Notes under the pieces: model-generated
Databases searched by the model: none
The model's input: only the letters and a program-made list of their open reading frames with translations
Told to the model about the DNA's origin: nothing
Assembly: GCA_012026655.1 (NCBI GenBank)
Contig: JAAILG010000001.1
Location: 124,001-188,000 of the forward strand
Direction of reading: 5' to 3'
DNA: 64,000 nt
Origin: Hydrolagus affinis
Lineage: Eukaryota
Shown: piece after piece, positions 63,242 to 64,000 of the stretch
How the letters are laid out: each line of letters opens with the position of its first letter
How positions within the stretch are numbered: the stretch's first letter is position 1
Program-made: the position numbers and the translations under genes

Positions 63242-63400
63242 GTTCAAGCTCACAGTTGAAGACCTTTCTCTTCGACCGAGCTTTTGGTCACCTTCCTGCC
63301 CCTGCCCCTGGCTCGGTCCTGGGATCCGCTACTGTGAAGCGCTCTGAGATGCCGTCTGGCGTGGAGGGCGCTATATAAATCAAAGTTGTTGTTGTTGTTG
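63242..63400 (+). mobile_element. L2 3' end, same subfamily as 23613-24774
   Basis: aagacctttctcttc.acc..gc.tttggtcacctt..cccctgcccctggctc.gtcctgggat..ctgtgaagcgctctgagatgcc..gtggagggcgctatataaatcaaag(ttg)n is shared with 24620-24774. Confidence 0.93.
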
Positions 63401-64000
63401 TATTGTGTTGTTGAATCTGACCAGGATTAATTTACTCCTCCCACCCCAGCATGCTCACTTAAGAGTGTTCTAGGATGCTGTCTGCAGTGAGGGGCACTAT
63501 ATAACAACAGATGGGTCCTTCTCCATCCGTTGGCAGACATCACCAAAGTCTACCTTTCTGTCCACCCAGGACTAAAATGCTGTTCTTAGTACAGTATTAC
63601 CAGTGTTATGGAGGCCAGATTGGGTGGGGGGTGGGGGGGGGTAGAAGAAGTGAGTGGAGAGAAAGTCCTAAGATGGGAGGCAAGGATACATTCTGGTACC
63701 TAGGAGAGAAAAAGCAAGTTGCAGATGGTGCAGTAACTGATGAAAGGAAAGAGGAAATGTTCACAATGTTGGCTCATAGTGGGGTGGGGGAGAAGCAACA
63801 TCTAATAAAATGTCCGTTGACTGTACGTATGGGAGTGCTCCTACACTGATGGCAATTAAAAATTGTGAGGGCTGGATTTTAATCTGTTTATGTTTGGTAT
63901 TGATATCCATGTCAAAACAACTTGATACTTTCTCATTTATATGATATGTTTTAAACAAAATGCATCAGGACCTGTATTAAACTTGAGGCAAACAAGGTTT

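Noticed and set aside
1-64000. Prokaryotic-type systems (CRISPR array, operon, retron or defence island)
   Set aside because: The sequence is vertebrate non-coding DNA. There is no regular repeat-spacer array, and all RT motifs belong to CR1 or L2 LINEs.

Overview
This is AT-rich vertebrate genomic DNA, not prokaryotic. The repeat inventory is tRNA-head/Deu-domain SINEs with (ATT)n tails, L2 LINEs with (GTT)n tails, CR1 LINEs with (ATTCTATG)n tails, Penelope-type ends and an LF-SINE-like relic. That mix points to a cartilaginous fish, most plausibly a chimaera such as Callorhinchus; this is inferred from recalled repeat families, not from a search. I recognise no host protein-coding exon. Every ORF with identifiable motifs is a LINE ORF2 fragment, so the window looks like a gene desert or a very large intron. 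It holds layered, often nested transposon fossils separated by repeat-free blocks rich in homeodomain/Sox/POU-type motifs, which may be conserved non-coding enhancers. The clearest directly visible structures are: a young 390-bp hAT-type MITE with an 8-bp target-site duplication (TSD) nested in a SINE (35412-35801); a 57-bp L2 tail with a 7-bp TSD nested in another L2 (24011-24067); a SINE inserted antisense into a SINE of its own family (48412-48763); a young CR1 with an internal deletion of the RT active site; a ~2-kb very ancient L2 ORF2 fossil that the ORF track misses; three spaced short direct duplications; and a good CTCF-like motif. A 100-N assembly gap lies at 56162-56261. I found no convincing evidence of a new biological system. 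Boundaries of old repeats were judged by eye and are approximate (about +/-30 bp).
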